Assembly: GCA_035572845.1 (NCBI GenBank)
Contig: DATNAF010000086.1
Span: 1-48,240 of the forward strand
Length of the DNA stretch: 48,240 nucleotides
Reading direction: 5' to 3'
DNA from: Terriglobales bacterium
GTDB lineage: Bacteria; Acidobacteriota; Terriglobia; Terriglobales; Acidobacteriaceae
The notes under the pieces are model-generated. The model made no database searches. It was not told the DNA's origin and worked only from the letters and a program-made list of their open reading frames with translations. Every line of letters starts with the position of its first letter. Position 1 is the stretch's first letter. A program made the translations under genes and the position numbers. Shown piece after piece: positions 33,156 through 42,519 of this stretch.

Positions 33156-33871
33156 TGTAGAATCATCTTTCCGCGCACAGATACGGGTGCCGCGCCGGTC
33201 TCCTTAATCGCCCATGCCGACACCTGCACCGCGCCGGAGGTGTTCTGGCTCCAGTTCGGCGCGACGTAGCTCGCCTGATTCAGCGCCGCGCCCCAGCCTG
33301 CCCCTCCGGGCGCTTGTGCTGGGTTCGTGTACGGGGAAGCGCCGACAAACCCGGCCGTCGCGCTCGTCGCGCAGGTGTTGGTACATCCCGCCGCCTGAAT
33401 AATCAGGTCATTCGTCCCGGTAATGGTCAGCGCCGGAGCCGCACAGGTAGTGCAGGAAGTGTCCGTATGCGTGGCCTGCGTATCGACCACGCCAGCGCCC
33501 AGCGTCGAGTGCCATTCCGTCGCGCAGGCCGTCCAGGAACTTGCGGAGGGGCTGACGGTTACGGTGACGGTGGTCGTGCCCCCGGTCGCACTCAGCGTGC
33601 CGCCCATGTCGATCCAGTCCGTTCCAGACGACCCTCCTTGGCAGCCAGCGCAGTGCGTGAACGCTCCGCCCGTGACATTCGTGATGGAGGAATTGGTGTT
33701 ACCGACGTACAGCGCCGCAATCACATTGCCCGCCGTCGTGGAGGTGACAGAAACCGCGCACGTCGTCCCCGAGCAGGAGAGGTTACACGTATTCGCATTG
33801 ACCATCGACCATGTGGCCCATGCCGGGGTGGAGAACGTCAGCGCTGCGAACATCAGAAGTATTTTTGTCAT
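33152..33871 (-). CDS. Secreted Cys/Thr-rich hypothetical protein
   Basis: ATG at 33871 forms ATGA with the upstream stop. MTKILLMFAALTFSTPAWA signal peptide. Confidence 0.6.
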   Translation of the reverse strand: MTKILLMFAALTFSTPAWATWSMVNANTCNLSCSGTTCAVSVTSTTAGNVIAALYVGNTNSSITNVTGGAFTHCAGCQGGSSGTDWIDMGGTLSATGGTTTVTVTVSPSASSWTACATEWHSTLGAGVVDTQATHTDTSCTTCAAPALTITGTNDLIIQAAGCTNTCATSATAGFVGASPYTNPAQAPGGAGWGAALNQASYVAPNWSQNTSGAVQVSAWAIKETGAAPVSVRGKMILQ

Positions 33872-36800
33872 TGTGCGCAATCCAGTTGGAACGTGACCTG
33901 CTTGGCCGTGGCTACGGCGGTGATGAAGAAGCCCAGCGTGTCATTTTGAGCGATGGCTGTGGAGGTGAAGTCCGTTGTTGTGGTGGAGTCGATCTTCGTT
34001 CCCGATGCGAGCGAGACGCCGGAGGTTGAGATGGAGTTTGATCCGATAGTCGGCAGTGCCGTACCACCGTTGACCCGCGCCGTCTTGACCGTCACCGTGC
34101 CCGCGTCGGCCATGATGTGCCAGCCGGTGACGGTACAGGCGAACGGCACGGTGATGTATCCCACCTCGGAGGTCGTCAGCGCCGCTCCAGTTGCCACATC
34201 GCCAAACGACCACCCCAGCGTGCGGGTGCTCGAAATGGAGGTTACAGCCGACTCGTTGACGCCATCATTCGTTGCCGGTGCCGCGACACGCAGAATGCCC
34301 TGTGTGATCGTAGCGGGCAATTTCAGAAGGTACGAAGTTCCTCCGGTGGCCGGTGCGGCCAGACCGGCGCTATTGGCGGGAAGCGCTGGGATGCTCCCCG
34401 CACCAGCGGGAAGGCTAAGTGCGGAAGGAGTTGTCCCTGTCCCGGTGAATTGTGCCGCCTTGACACCACCCGTCCCAGAGTAGGTAGCGCTCGTCCCATC
34501 ATCGGTGAGCAGCGAATTGCCAACTATGCTGGGCGCAGTCGCCTTTGGCAACACGTTTGTCGTCAGACTTGCACCGGACACCTTGCCGTTCAACTGCGTC
34601 TGAATGGAACTCGTCGGATCGACGAACGCCATTGTCGCCGCGCTCACCCCGTTGGTAGAGGTTGGCGTGATCGCACCAAGGGTCAAGGTGATTGCGGGCG
34701 TGGTGGTCGCGGTAGCTACAGTCCCCGAGACTCCATTTGCAGTTACCACTGAAACGGCTGTAACCGTGCCTGTACCCGTTGGTGTAAAGCACCCCACCGC
34801 GTTCCCGTTTGCGCCCACGCCGGTTGCCGCTACACCAGCTCCGCAGTTCGTCGGAGTAGACGCCAGCGCGGTTGCCGTCGCCGCGTTGCCTGTGGTGCTC
34901 TGGTTCAGCGTCGGGATGTCTGCCGCGACGATAGAACGCAGCCCAACCGCCCCCGTCGTTCCGTTGGGCGTGGCGAGGAACTGGTTTGCCGTCTGGCCCG
35001 TGGTGGCTGAGAACGTCTGCGTTCCGCTCGCGGAGATGGTCGCAGGAGAAGCCGTCAGCCACGATGGAAGCGCCCAGGTGATGCTTCCGATGCCAGAACC
35101 AGAACCGCTGAAGGTGTATGCGTTGCCAACATGAGACACGCCCGATCCAGAGAACGTGAACGCTCCCGTGAGGGTGTCGATGCTGGTCACGCCTCCGGCT
35201 GCTGCCGGGCACCCGGCCCCGCTCGTCTGGCAAAGTCCCGAGAGAGGAACTCCAGCGATCTTCGACACCGCCACGACGCCGGTTGAGTCTACCGTTGCGT
35301 CTCCAGTAAGGGTGACTGGGTTATAGTGCACAGCTCCTGCCGTCATATTCGTTACAATAGGAATCTGCGCTAAAGCCGTAGGATCGGCAGGGACGTTAGA
35401 AGCAAAGAGTCGGGCGTAATTAGTCCCCTCTTGAAAAAGAAATCCTCCAGTAGCTTCTGACCAAAACCTATTAACATTGTCCGCTGTGCTTATTGGACCC
35501 TCAAAAATCCTGAAGTTGGCAGCGGCCTGATTTGTCATTCCGATAATCACGGCAGGGTTTAGGTAGGAAAATTGAACTCCGTACACTGTTGATCCCAATC
35601 CCGTGCCATCGTCTGTTACGTGTATTGCCGCTCCACCCAGTGCGCTCTGCGTAGAAATTTCTATTCCGTCCCCTATAGCGGCTGGTCCTTCATTAGCGAA
35701 CGTAGCTATCGAAGACGGCGCACCCCCTACCTTAGTTGTCTGCCCCACTCTTATATTCGCACCCAAAAGAAGAACCGACGCAGGGTGCGGGCCTTCTATA
35801 GAATCTCCGTTAGCCCAGGCAGTCGTATTGTTTGCGAGTTGAGTAGTGTTGGGAGTGTTTCCTTGCGTGCCTATAATCTCGGCGCCAGGGTAAAAAGTAA
35901 CTGAACCTCCAACATCGGCTATATTTTTAGCCAATGACAAGTCCTGGCAACCTCCGTTAGAGCACGCAGACCATACAACTTGCGTTGGCGAGAGCGATCC
36001 GATTGCCTGTATGGCAGTTCTCCATGTTGCCCCTGTCGTGGTGGGGTATTGGCCACACATACCCCCTTGCATCAACACGAATCCGGCGCTCCACCCATAA
36101 CGAGTTGAAAACGTAACTGATTGAATTCCTCCGGACGTGGTTCCTACGGCGGTGATGGGGACTTGTTCTCCCGCGCCGGGTGACCCCACGCCGAGACCTT
36201 GGACGATGCAGGCGTTGTTTCCGACTACAAAAGAACCTGGAGAGGCTGGGCTTGTACCGAGAGTGAAGTTTATGGTCTGTGAAACGTAAACTTGAAATTG
36301 TCCATTTGCCGTAGATGTGGTGGCGGTGTTCGCTGTCCCCCACGCAGTCGAGACGGGCATGGTGATGCCGGTGAGGTTCCAATAATTAAACGTCTGCGCA
36401 ACGGTTCCGAACGTTGTAGACGCCACGCTGGAGACCGTCCCGGTAAGGGTTCCACCTTTGGTTATATCGAGCAGAAACCCACCATCGGTAAAGTAGTTCT
36501 GGCCCGATGTCTCCGCCGTGGTGAGCAGAATCGAACCTGTAGACCCACCGCTAACGATAGTTCCATGAAAATAGGTGGAGTTTTCCTGCGTGGAAGAGTA
36601 GAGTCCCACGGCACCTTCATCCGAGGCCGCCGTCCGGCCGCCGTCGGTGGAGATGTACTGGCGAAACGGGTTCAAATCGCCAATCGCGTGAGAGTCGATG
36701 AAGGCGGTGTAGCCAGACTTGATGCCACGGCTATTCAAGAGCATGTGCTGGTAGTTCCCGGTCGTCCCGCTCCATCCTTGCGCCGACGTGCCATTGTTCC

Positions 36801-37470
36801 CGAGTGAGAACCCGGGCCCCGCTGCGACTAATTCGTGTGACTCATGGTTTTGGGACAAACGAGCCAACGTCCAGGTATCGTTCGAGCACTCCGTGTCATA
36901 AGCAGGCGTGTTTGCGAAGCAGTCGTGATTGGTCCCTACGTTTAATGTAGTGACGGTATTTCCGTTTCCCCGCCTGTCCTGAATCAGTGCGCCGCTGGTT
37001 ACAGGAAGGTCTGGCGTTTCCGTGCTCGTGCTGTTTGGTGGAACAAGTCCAAGTCCGGAAGGGTTTGCCGCCAGGAAGTTTGCGACACCGTTGTTGCCCC
37101 CGCCCGTTGCGAAAAAGTCGGTATTCGCAGTCCCCTGCAAAATGGGGGTCGTGGCATTTTGCGAAGTCGTAGCTGGCCCCGCTATCGACTGTGTCCCCGT
37201 GTTCGGCTGGATAAATAACCTAAATTGCGGCGTGGGTTGGACGGTGCCGTTCGTCGCCCCCACGGCTGTCCACCCACCAGCGGCGCATACGAACTGCACA
37301 TCTGTTGTCGTATTCGTATAGGGTTGTCCATAATTTGAATTACTGCACGGCCACAGCGGGGGCGCCGGATTAATCGTGCCGGTTACTTCCGGCCAGCGAA
37401 TCTGAGTTGGGTTGACTGTCTGTGCGCACAGGGGAATAGAAAACAGCACTAAAAATAGTAGCTTCTTCAC
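33868..37470 (-). CDS. 1200-aa fibre-like protein with an N-terminal signal peptide
   Basis: GTG start in a GTGA overlap. MKKLLFLVLFSIPLCAQ signal peptide. The G/S/T-rich C-terminal half contains NQSTTGNAATATALAS-type fibre-like repeats. Confidence 0.65.
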   Translation of the reverse strand: MKKLLFLVLFSIPLCAQTVNPTQIRWPEVTGTINPAPPLWPCSNSNYGQPYTNTTTDVQFVCAAGGWTAVGATNGTVQPTPQFRLFIQPNTGTQSIAGPATTSQNATTPILQGTANTDFFATGGGNNGVANFLAANPSGLGLVPPNSTSTETPDLPVTSGALIQDRRGNGNTVTTLNVGTNHDCFANTPAYDTECSNDTWTLARLSQNHESHELVAAGPGFSLGNNGTSAQGWSGTTGNYQHMLLNSRGIKSGYTAFIDSHAIGDLNPFRQYISTDGGRTAASDEGAVGLYSSTQENSTYFHGTIVSGGSTGSILLTTAETSGQNYFTDGGFLLDITKGGTLTGTVSSVASTTFGTVAQTFNYWNLTGITMPVSTAWGTANTATTSTANGQFQVYVSQTINFTLGTSPASPGSFVVGNNACIVQGLGVGSPGAGEQVPITAVGTTSGGIQSVTFSTRYGWSAGFVLMQGGMCGQYPTTTGATWRTAIQAIGSLSPTQVVWSACSNGGCQDLSLAKNIADVGGSVTFYPGAEIIGTQGNTPNTTQLANNTTAWANGDSIEGPHPASVLLLGANIRVGQTTKVGGAPSSIATFANEGPAAIGDGIEISTQSALGGAAIHVTDDGTGLGSTVYGVQFSYLNPAVIIGMTNQAAANFRIFEGPISTADNVNRFWSEATGGFLFQEGTNYARLFASNVPADPTALAQIPIVTNMTAGAVHYNPVTLTGDATVDSTGVVAVSKIAGVPLSGLCQTSGAGCPAAAGGVTSIDTLTGAFTFSGSGVSHVGNAYTFSGSGSGIGSITWALPSWLTASPATISASGTQTFSATTGQTANQFLATPNGTTGAVGLRSIVAADIPTLNQSTTGNAATATALASTPTNCGAGVAATGVGANGNAVGCFTPTGTGTVTAVSVVTANGVSGTVATATTTPAITLTLGAITPTSTNGVSAATMAFVDPTSSIQTQLNGKVSGASLTTNVLPKATAPSIVGNSLLTDDGTSATYSGTGGVKAAQFTGTGTTPSALSLPAGAGSIPALPANSAGLAAPATGGTSYLLKLPATITQGILRVAAPATNDGVNESAVTSISSTRTLGWSFGDVATGAALTTSEVGYITVPFACTVTGWHIMADAGTVTVKTARVNGGTALPTIGSNSISTSGVSLASGTKIDSTTTTDFTSTAIAQNDTLGFFITAVATAKQVTFQLDCAQ

Positions 37471-37979
37471 GAGATCGTTACTCCTTGTGCCCAGATCGTG
37501 TCTAAAGGTTGTGGCGCGGTCGCGTAAACGATGGTCACGCCCGAAATCGTGTAGCCAACATTCACCACAAGGGAAATGTTGTTCCAGACTTCTAGTTGTG
37601 TAGGTGCAGATGTAAGCGGCACTCCAGCGTTCGTCAGCGTGAAGACCCGGTTCACGCCATCCTGCGTGCCTTGCGGAACCCCCGCGAAGGTAGTCACCGT
37701 ATTTCCACTTCCTGAGCCACCCAATGTCTGGTCCGGCAGCGTCAGCGTTTGAATCTGCGCTCCCGAATAGGTGATGGTGTACTGGCCCGGAGACATATAC
37801 GCCTCAGCATGGCCCAAACCATCGGTAAGTTGCGGGTTAGTCGCCGCGCCACCTTCTGGACCGCTGTACACCGTCGCCAGCGTCAGTCCAGGCTCCACGT
37901 AGTACGTCACCGCGATGTTGGGGATGGCGTAGCCAAGCGCGTTTTGTACAGAATCATCTCTGCGGAAATAAGTAGGCAT
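37467..37979 (-). CDS. Tail-associated hypothetical protein (170 aa)
   Basis: ORF coupled to the fibre gene. C-terminal GVPQGTQDGVNRVFTL...ISGVTIVYATAP motif resembles common phage tail/fibre adaptor domains. Confidence 0.5.
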   Translation of the reverse strand: MPTYFRRDDSVQNALGYAIPNIAVTYYVEPGLTLATVYSGPEGGAATNPQLTDGLGHAEAYMSPGQYTITYSGAQIQTLTLPDQTLGGSGSGNTVTTFAGVPQGTQDGVNRVFTLTNAGVPLTSAPTQLEVWNNISLVVNVGYTISGVTIVYATAPQPLDTIWAQGVTIS

Positions 37980-37986
37980 AGGTTCC

Positions 37987-38706
37987 TTAGCAGATCATCT
38001 TGGCGATAATGGTGGGGTTTGTTCCACCTGAAACCCCGGACTGAACCAAGCGGAAGAATCGGCCGGCAGGCGTAGAGAAAGTCGTTACTCCGCCATTGGC
38101 TGAAGCGTTCGCTGGTACGGTGACGACGCCGCCCGCCACCGTCGCCACGGCACCCATCGAGGTCCATTCCGCGAGGTCTGTATTGCTGATGGCCGTGTAG
38201 AGTGTCACCGTAGCCGCGGTGGGGAGGCTGGGGAAGGTCGTAGCCACCGTGATCGACTTCTGGCCCAGATCGCGCAGCTCGTTCGAGGGCACATAGATCG
38301 CCACGCTGGTTCCGTTCGCGGCCACTTCCGAAGTCTCGGCAATCGGGATGATTGCCATGCCCGTGTCTGCGGTAGAAGAAACATTGGCGTGGGTCAGCGC
38401 GAAACTGAGCGAATAAACCCCCGTCGCCGCATTCCCTGAGACCGCCGTCAATGGCACGGCAGAGACATTGAACGCACCGCTATTGGTCGCCGTTCCCTGA
38501 ATGGTAATCAGGCTGCCGACGGTGGGAATATTCCCTCGGTAGATCGTTCCTGTCACCGTAGCTACGTTCGTGGTCAACGCGACGTTGGTGATGCGGAGGT
38601 AGGTGTCGTCTGTATTCGTGTTCAGCGTACCGAAGAAGTACGCGGGTTTCGCCGGAATCGCTACTTCAGGCAACGGGGCGAAAGCTGAGGTACTGTATAG
38701 GGGCAT
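37987..38706 (-). CDS. Virion-module hypothetical protein
   Basis: ATG at 38706 preceded by AAAGGAAAC. Shares a beta-rich approx. 60-aa motif with the 296-aa and 1313-aa proteins. Confidence 0.5.
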   Translation of the reverse strand: MPLYSTSAFAPLPEVAIPAKPAYFFGTLNTNTDDTYLRITNVALTTNVATVTGTIYRGNIPTVGSLITIQGTATNSGAFNVSAVPLTAVSGNAATGVYSLSFALTHANVSSTADTGMAIIPIAETSEVAANGTSVAIYVPSNELRDLGQKSITVATTFPSLPTAATVTLYTAISNTDLAEWTSMGAVATVAGGVVTVPANASANGGVTTFSTPAGRFFRLVQSGVSGGTNPTIIAKMIC

Positions 38707-38723
38707 AGTTTCCTTTCGGGCAT

Positions 38724-38744
38724 TCAAAAACCACCCGAAGGTGG
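38724..38744 (-). terminator. Candidate intrinsic terminator/attenuator inside the late operon
   Basis: CCACC-(4-nt loop)-GGTGG hairpin followed by TTTTTG on the minus strand. The stem is only 5 bp. Confidence 0.4.
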
Positions 38745-38803
38745 CTGTTTTTACTGCAAAAGTTGTCTGTTAAGGCGTATACTTCAGGAACTTCGAGGTC
38801 GCT

Positions 38804-38893
38804 ATGCTAATTATTGTTATGTTGCTGGGCGCAGTTCTTGCGGTGTTAATCGGAGTTTGGCATTCGATAGATAAGGCCAGTGGCAATGATTAA
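38804..38893 (+). CDS. Possible 29-aa membrane peptide on the opposite strand
   Basis: GAGG 6 nt upstream of the ATG. MLIIVMLLGAVLAVLIGVW... AT-rich intergenic island. Very short. Confidence 0.2.
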   Translation: MLIIVMLLGAVLAVLIGVWHSIDKASGND

Positions 38894-39880
38894 CTATTTA
38901 TTGAGAGCCTTTCCTACTTCGTAAAGCCCCCCTGCGCCCGCAGCTCCGAGCGCTGCACGACCGCCATATTTCAGTAGCCCTTTACCAATAGAAGCATTTC
39001 GAGAAGCCCTCCGGTACATATTCATTGCATTACCGTATTCTTCTCCCTTTCCGGCTGCGGCGGCGGCATTCCCAACATCCTCATTAAATGATTTCGCCAA
39101 CCGTGGCACTTCATAACGCATCGATTTTTTCAGCCCCATCTTCTCCTCAGGGGAAAGAGACATATTTTGAGAGAAATCGCGCGCTTCACGATAAGTTAGC
39201 GGGTTGATGGTCTGAATCCTCTGATAGAGTTTGTCAGCCGCTCCGAAAGGCTTGCCGCCCGCCATCGCAAGTTGCTGGGTCCTCTCCAAGGGAGCCATCG
39301 TATTGGGGCTGATGGTAACGGGTTGATCTCCTGCGGAATCCATTACCTTGTTGAATAATTTGCCAGCTTTCGCCCGCGTGGGAACCAACGTGTCCCATGC
39401 TTTTTCAGCCATACCGGGAGCGGCTTCAATAGCAGCGTCGGCAGCGGGTCCACCCATGAATGCCGACGGGATAGTACCTGCTTGTAACAAGCCACTGACC
39501 GCTTTCAATGGCCCCGCTATTGGATGTTGCGGTGTCTCGGCAACTCCTTGCGCCATCTTTACCGCCCCCAATGGCACCGAACCCATAAAGTCAGCAGTGG
39601 CCGGTGTCGTCCCACTCTCCAAACCTGTATATCCCTTGTCGCCGCGCCCCTGCATGTGGCCCAGGGTTCGACCCACGAAGGTGCGGCTTCCGCCTTGACG
39701 CAAATCTTCGTCAAGCTGCGTCAACCACGGCTGCGCTGGAGTCGCGCTCATGTGGGCAGTCGGCGGGGCGGGCGTGGATGCATCTCCGCCGCCGCTCGCC
39801 GGGATGAAGTCCGGCGTATCCCCGCTGGGCTGATAGGGGATGAAGTCCGGCGCAGGTTGTGACTTCTGCGGTGTGGCCAT
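38894..39880 (-). CDS. Putative internal virion / ejection protein
   Basis: 328 aa, A/G-rich with a low-complexity N-terminus. One-nt start/stop overlap with the upstream gene. Assigned by position. Confidence 0.45.
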   Translation of the reverse strand: MATPQKSQPAPDFIPYQPSGDTPDFIPASGGGDASTPAPPTAHMSATPAQPWLTQLDEDLRQGGSRTFVGRTLGHMQGRGDKGYTGLESGTTPATADFMGSVPLGAVKMAQGVAETPQHPIAGPLKAVSGLLQAGTIPSAFMGGPAADAAIEAAPGMAEKAWDTLVPTRAKAGKLFNKVMDSAGDQPVTISPNTMAPLERTQQLAMAGGKPFGAADKLYQRIQTINPLTYREARDFSQNMSLSPEEKMGLKKSMRYEVPRLAKSFNEDVGNAAAAAGKGEEYGNAMNMYRRASRNASIGKGLLKYGGRAALGAAGAGGLYEVGKALNK

Positions 39881-41343
39881 TATTGTTTACCTTTCGGCTT
39901 AGGCTTATACCATCCGGCACCCTGAGCTCCGTTTTGGTTGAACTCGTATCCCTCGGGAACGTTGGCGGGCCGTGCGGGTGGTGCATTGTTGCCGCCGTGC
40001 TTCAATCCGGGGTTGATCGCTCCAGCCGTATCGAGGATTCCCTGAATGCTGGCAATCGTGGCGTCGGGATCCTGCGCCAGGCCGCCAATCATCTTCTCAA
40101 AGGCTTCGCCTGCGCTCTTGGAGCGGAATCCATGCATCGCAGGCTGGAGGGCAGCAAACGTCTTCAGTTGCGAAGAAAGATAAGCGGCCTGCTTGTCTGC
40201 GACTGGAGTGCCAAGAGTTCCTTGTTTGATGTAGGAGCTTAACTTCCCAAGAATGGCGCGGTTCGCTGGGTTCTGGAGTTCGGTTATAAGTTCCGATCCG
40301 GCGCGGTTCACAGCGCCCGCCTGTGCCGCCTCATGGCCATAGGCGTTTGTGGCGCTCATGCCTACCGGCCTGCTGTAGGTCTGGCTCCTGGGGTCATACT
40401 GCATCACCGTCGGGACGCCCGTCTGAGGGTCGATGACGGTCTCTACTTTGGTGGGGAGGATCAGTTGCCCATAATTCGGAGGCGGTGGCACCGGACGCGG
40501 GTTCTTGATTTCATTTCCAGCGGTGTCCGTGTACTTTCCGGTATCCGGATGGAAGTTGGCTTCAATCGGCTTGCCCTCATCGCCAAGCAGGGAGACGTGC
40601 TCCTGCCCTTTCGGGGAAACGGGCTTTTGCAGGGAAGTGATCGCATCGGAGAGGTGTTGAACAATCGGGTCTTGCGAAGGATCGCCGCCCGCCTTAATTA
40701 CTTCGTTCACGCGATGCGCATAGGCCGTGGTGAGATTCGGCTGAGGATTCTCAAGCGCGTTGCTCTCGTCGTTCAGATGACGTGCTGTTGCGCCCTGTAG
40801 CCCCTCTTCGCTTGCCGTCTTCCCCGGCATCTCATTCGTCGTTTCCGTGTGCTCACCCGCTTCCGCTGTTTGATTTCGCGCTTGTGCGCCTTGCAGGTTC
40901 TCCGTCGATTCCTGCTTGCCGATATCCTGAAGACGCTTCTCCAACCCTTGCTCCTCAAATCCACGCCGGTTCACTCCACCAGTGGCCACATTCAGGCCGT
41001 GCAGCAGCTTCCCGAAGAATCCAGGATGATTGTCTGGGGAACCATAAGGGTCTTCATCCTTCTTGTAATCCGCCATTAGGTTCTTGCTGATGTGCTCCTT
41101 CTGTGGAGCGAGAGCGGACATCTTCGGCGACTCGGAGGAAGGTGGTGCGGTGTCAGTACCAGCCGATGCGGCCATTCCCGTTACCTTCGGCGCTGGTGGT
41201 CCAAGTGGAACCGTCAGCGTGTCGTGTGGGTTGACAGCGGTCATCTGGGTAGGCTGCGCGTACTCACTCACTGGTGCAGCCATCTTGTAGGCCTGTTCGA
41301 TCTGGTCCACTACGTCATCAGGGTTCTTCGCCATTCCAATCAT
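39880..41343 (-). CDS. Putative internal virion / ejection protein
   Basis: 487-aa ORF with an ATGA overlap upstream. No recognised motif. Confidence 0.45.
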   Translation of the reverse strand: MIGMAKNPDDVVDQIEQAYKMAAPVSEYAQPTQMTAVNPHDTLTVPLGPPAPKVTGMAASAGTDTAPPSSESPKMSALAPQKEHISKNLMADYKKDEDPYGSPDNHPGFFGKLLHGLNVATGGVNRRGFEEQGLEKRLQDIGKQESTENLQGAQARNQTAEAGEHTETTNEMPGKTASEEGLQGATARHLNDESNALENPQPNLTTAYAHRVNEVIKAGGDPSQDPIVQHLSDAITSLQKPVSPKGQEHVSLLGDEGKPIEANFHPDTGKYTDTAGNEIKNPRPVPPPPNYGQLILPTKVETVIDPQTGVPTVMQYDPRSQTYSRPVGMSATNAYGHEAAQAGAVNRAGSELITELQNPANRAILGKLSSYIKQGTLGTPVADKQAAYLSSQLKTFAALQPAMHGFRSKSAGEAFEKMIGGLAQDPDATIASIQGILDTAGAINPGLKHGGNNAPPARPANVPEGYEFNQNGAQGAGWYKPKPKGKQ

Positions 41344-41930
41344 TTAAACCCTCCGAATCCGGGAATGCCGAAGCCTGCGGCTGTCTTTGCTACGCCGCCG
41401 ACAAGTCCATTGATCCTGCCGAGTTCTCCAGCCCAGTCTCCAGTACCGTAAGCCTTCGTTGATGCATTGATATCTTCAGGCACTAACCCCATCGCCTTCA
41501 GTTGGGAGCTTTGATCCATATTCTGCTGATTAGCCAACCCGGTAGCTGCGCTTTGCTGCTGCTCCTGCTGCAAGGTCGCATTGTTCGCCGCGATCCCTTC
41601 CGACGCGCCAGCGAGTGCCTTGTCTTTTTGCCGTGCTGCCTCATCTAAAGCCCCGGAAAACCCGCCCGAGTTCCGGTTTCTTGCAGAGGCAAGATTCGCT
41701 TCCGTATTAATGCCTGCCGTCGATCCGCCGGCGCCCGCTTCCGCAGCTCCCAGTTGCGCCCCCATCTGTTGCTGGGTGAACCCTTGAGGGCTATTCAATT
41801 CACGCGTGAGAAACGGCATGAGCTGAGAACTCGCCGTGGCGGCGTTCGTTCCATACCCCGCGCCGACGTTGGTCGCAGTTTTTGCCGCATCGAGTCCCTG
41901 CTGATACCCCGGTCCGCCTAATCCAAACAT
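41340..41930 (-). CDS. Gly/Ala/Gln-rich putative internal virion protein
   Basis: 196 aa, MFGLGGPGYQQG...GFGIPGFGGFK. Confidence 0.45.
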   Translation of the reverse strand: MFGLGGPGYQQGLDAAKTATNVGAGYGTNAATASSQLMPFLTRELNSPQGFTQQQMGAQLGAAEAGAGGSTAGINTEANLASARNRNSGGFSGALDEAARQKDKALAGASEGIAANNATLQQEQQQSAATGLANQQNMDQSSQLKAMGLVPEDINASTKAYGTGDWAGELGRINGLVGGVAKTAAGFGIPGFGGFK

Positions 41931-41952
41931 TATTTAGCCTTTTCCCCGTCCA

Positions 41953-42519
41953 TCATGTTCTTGTCGCCTGCTTGCCAAATCCCCAACCGATTTGCGCTCC
42001 GTTATTGGAAGAAGTCCCCGAACCCGTAGAAGGGTTCCAGGTAAGCTGTGTCGTGCCCATTGTCGTGATCGGTGTAGGTGAAGTGCCGCCGTAGACAACC
42101 GGCGTTGAAGGGTCCGAACCCGGATATTGCGCAAACCCCCGCGCATACCAACTCTGCGGATTCCCGGAGGAGTCCTTCGGAGCAAGGTGGATCGGGTCAC
42201 GTGTCCGCGAAGTCCCGTAATGAATCGGATGCGCCCCGATGAATTCCTTGTTATTCGCTACTTCAACGAAGTAGTTGACGCCCTGCCGGATGGCTCCGTT
42301 GTGGTTGATGGTGATGTGCGCATATTCTCCTCCGGTCGTCACGTTCAGGCCATTGATCGGCGGGGGGGGAGCTAATCTTCCTACCGCACTTGAAGCTGTA
42401 TTATCCGCAAGCGTATTAACGCCGTTGATGATCTTCTGGAGCAGTGCCCCTTTGGTTGCGTCTTCCTGTATCCATTTTGTAAGCGCACGGCCACCGGAAA
42501 GGATGCCTTTAGCCCTCAC
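41953..42519 (-). CDS. Virion-module hypothetical protein containing a C8 tract
   Basis: GTG start in a GTGA overlap with the 1313-aa gene. PPPP is encoded by a homopolymer at 42362-42369. Confidence 0.5.
   Translation of the reverse strand: MRAKGILSGGRALTKWIQEDATKGALLQKIINGVNTLADNTASSAVGRLAPPPPINGLNVTTGGEYAHITINHNGAIRQGVNYFVEVANNKEFIGAHPIHYGTSRTRDPIHLAPKDSSGNPQSWYARGFAQYPGSDPSTPVVYGGTSPTPITTMGTTQLTWNPSTGSGTSSNNGAQIGWGFGKQATRT

Noticed and set aside
33868-37470. Diversity-generating retroelement targeting the fibre gene
   Set aside because: No reverse transcriptase gene is present, and I could not see a template/variable repeat pair anywhere in the window.
39880-41343. Tape measure protein
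   Set aside because: At 487 aa with a mixed composition it lacks a long uninterrupted helical character. No tube, sheath or chaperone-frameshift genes lie nearby. It is left as a putative internal virion protein.
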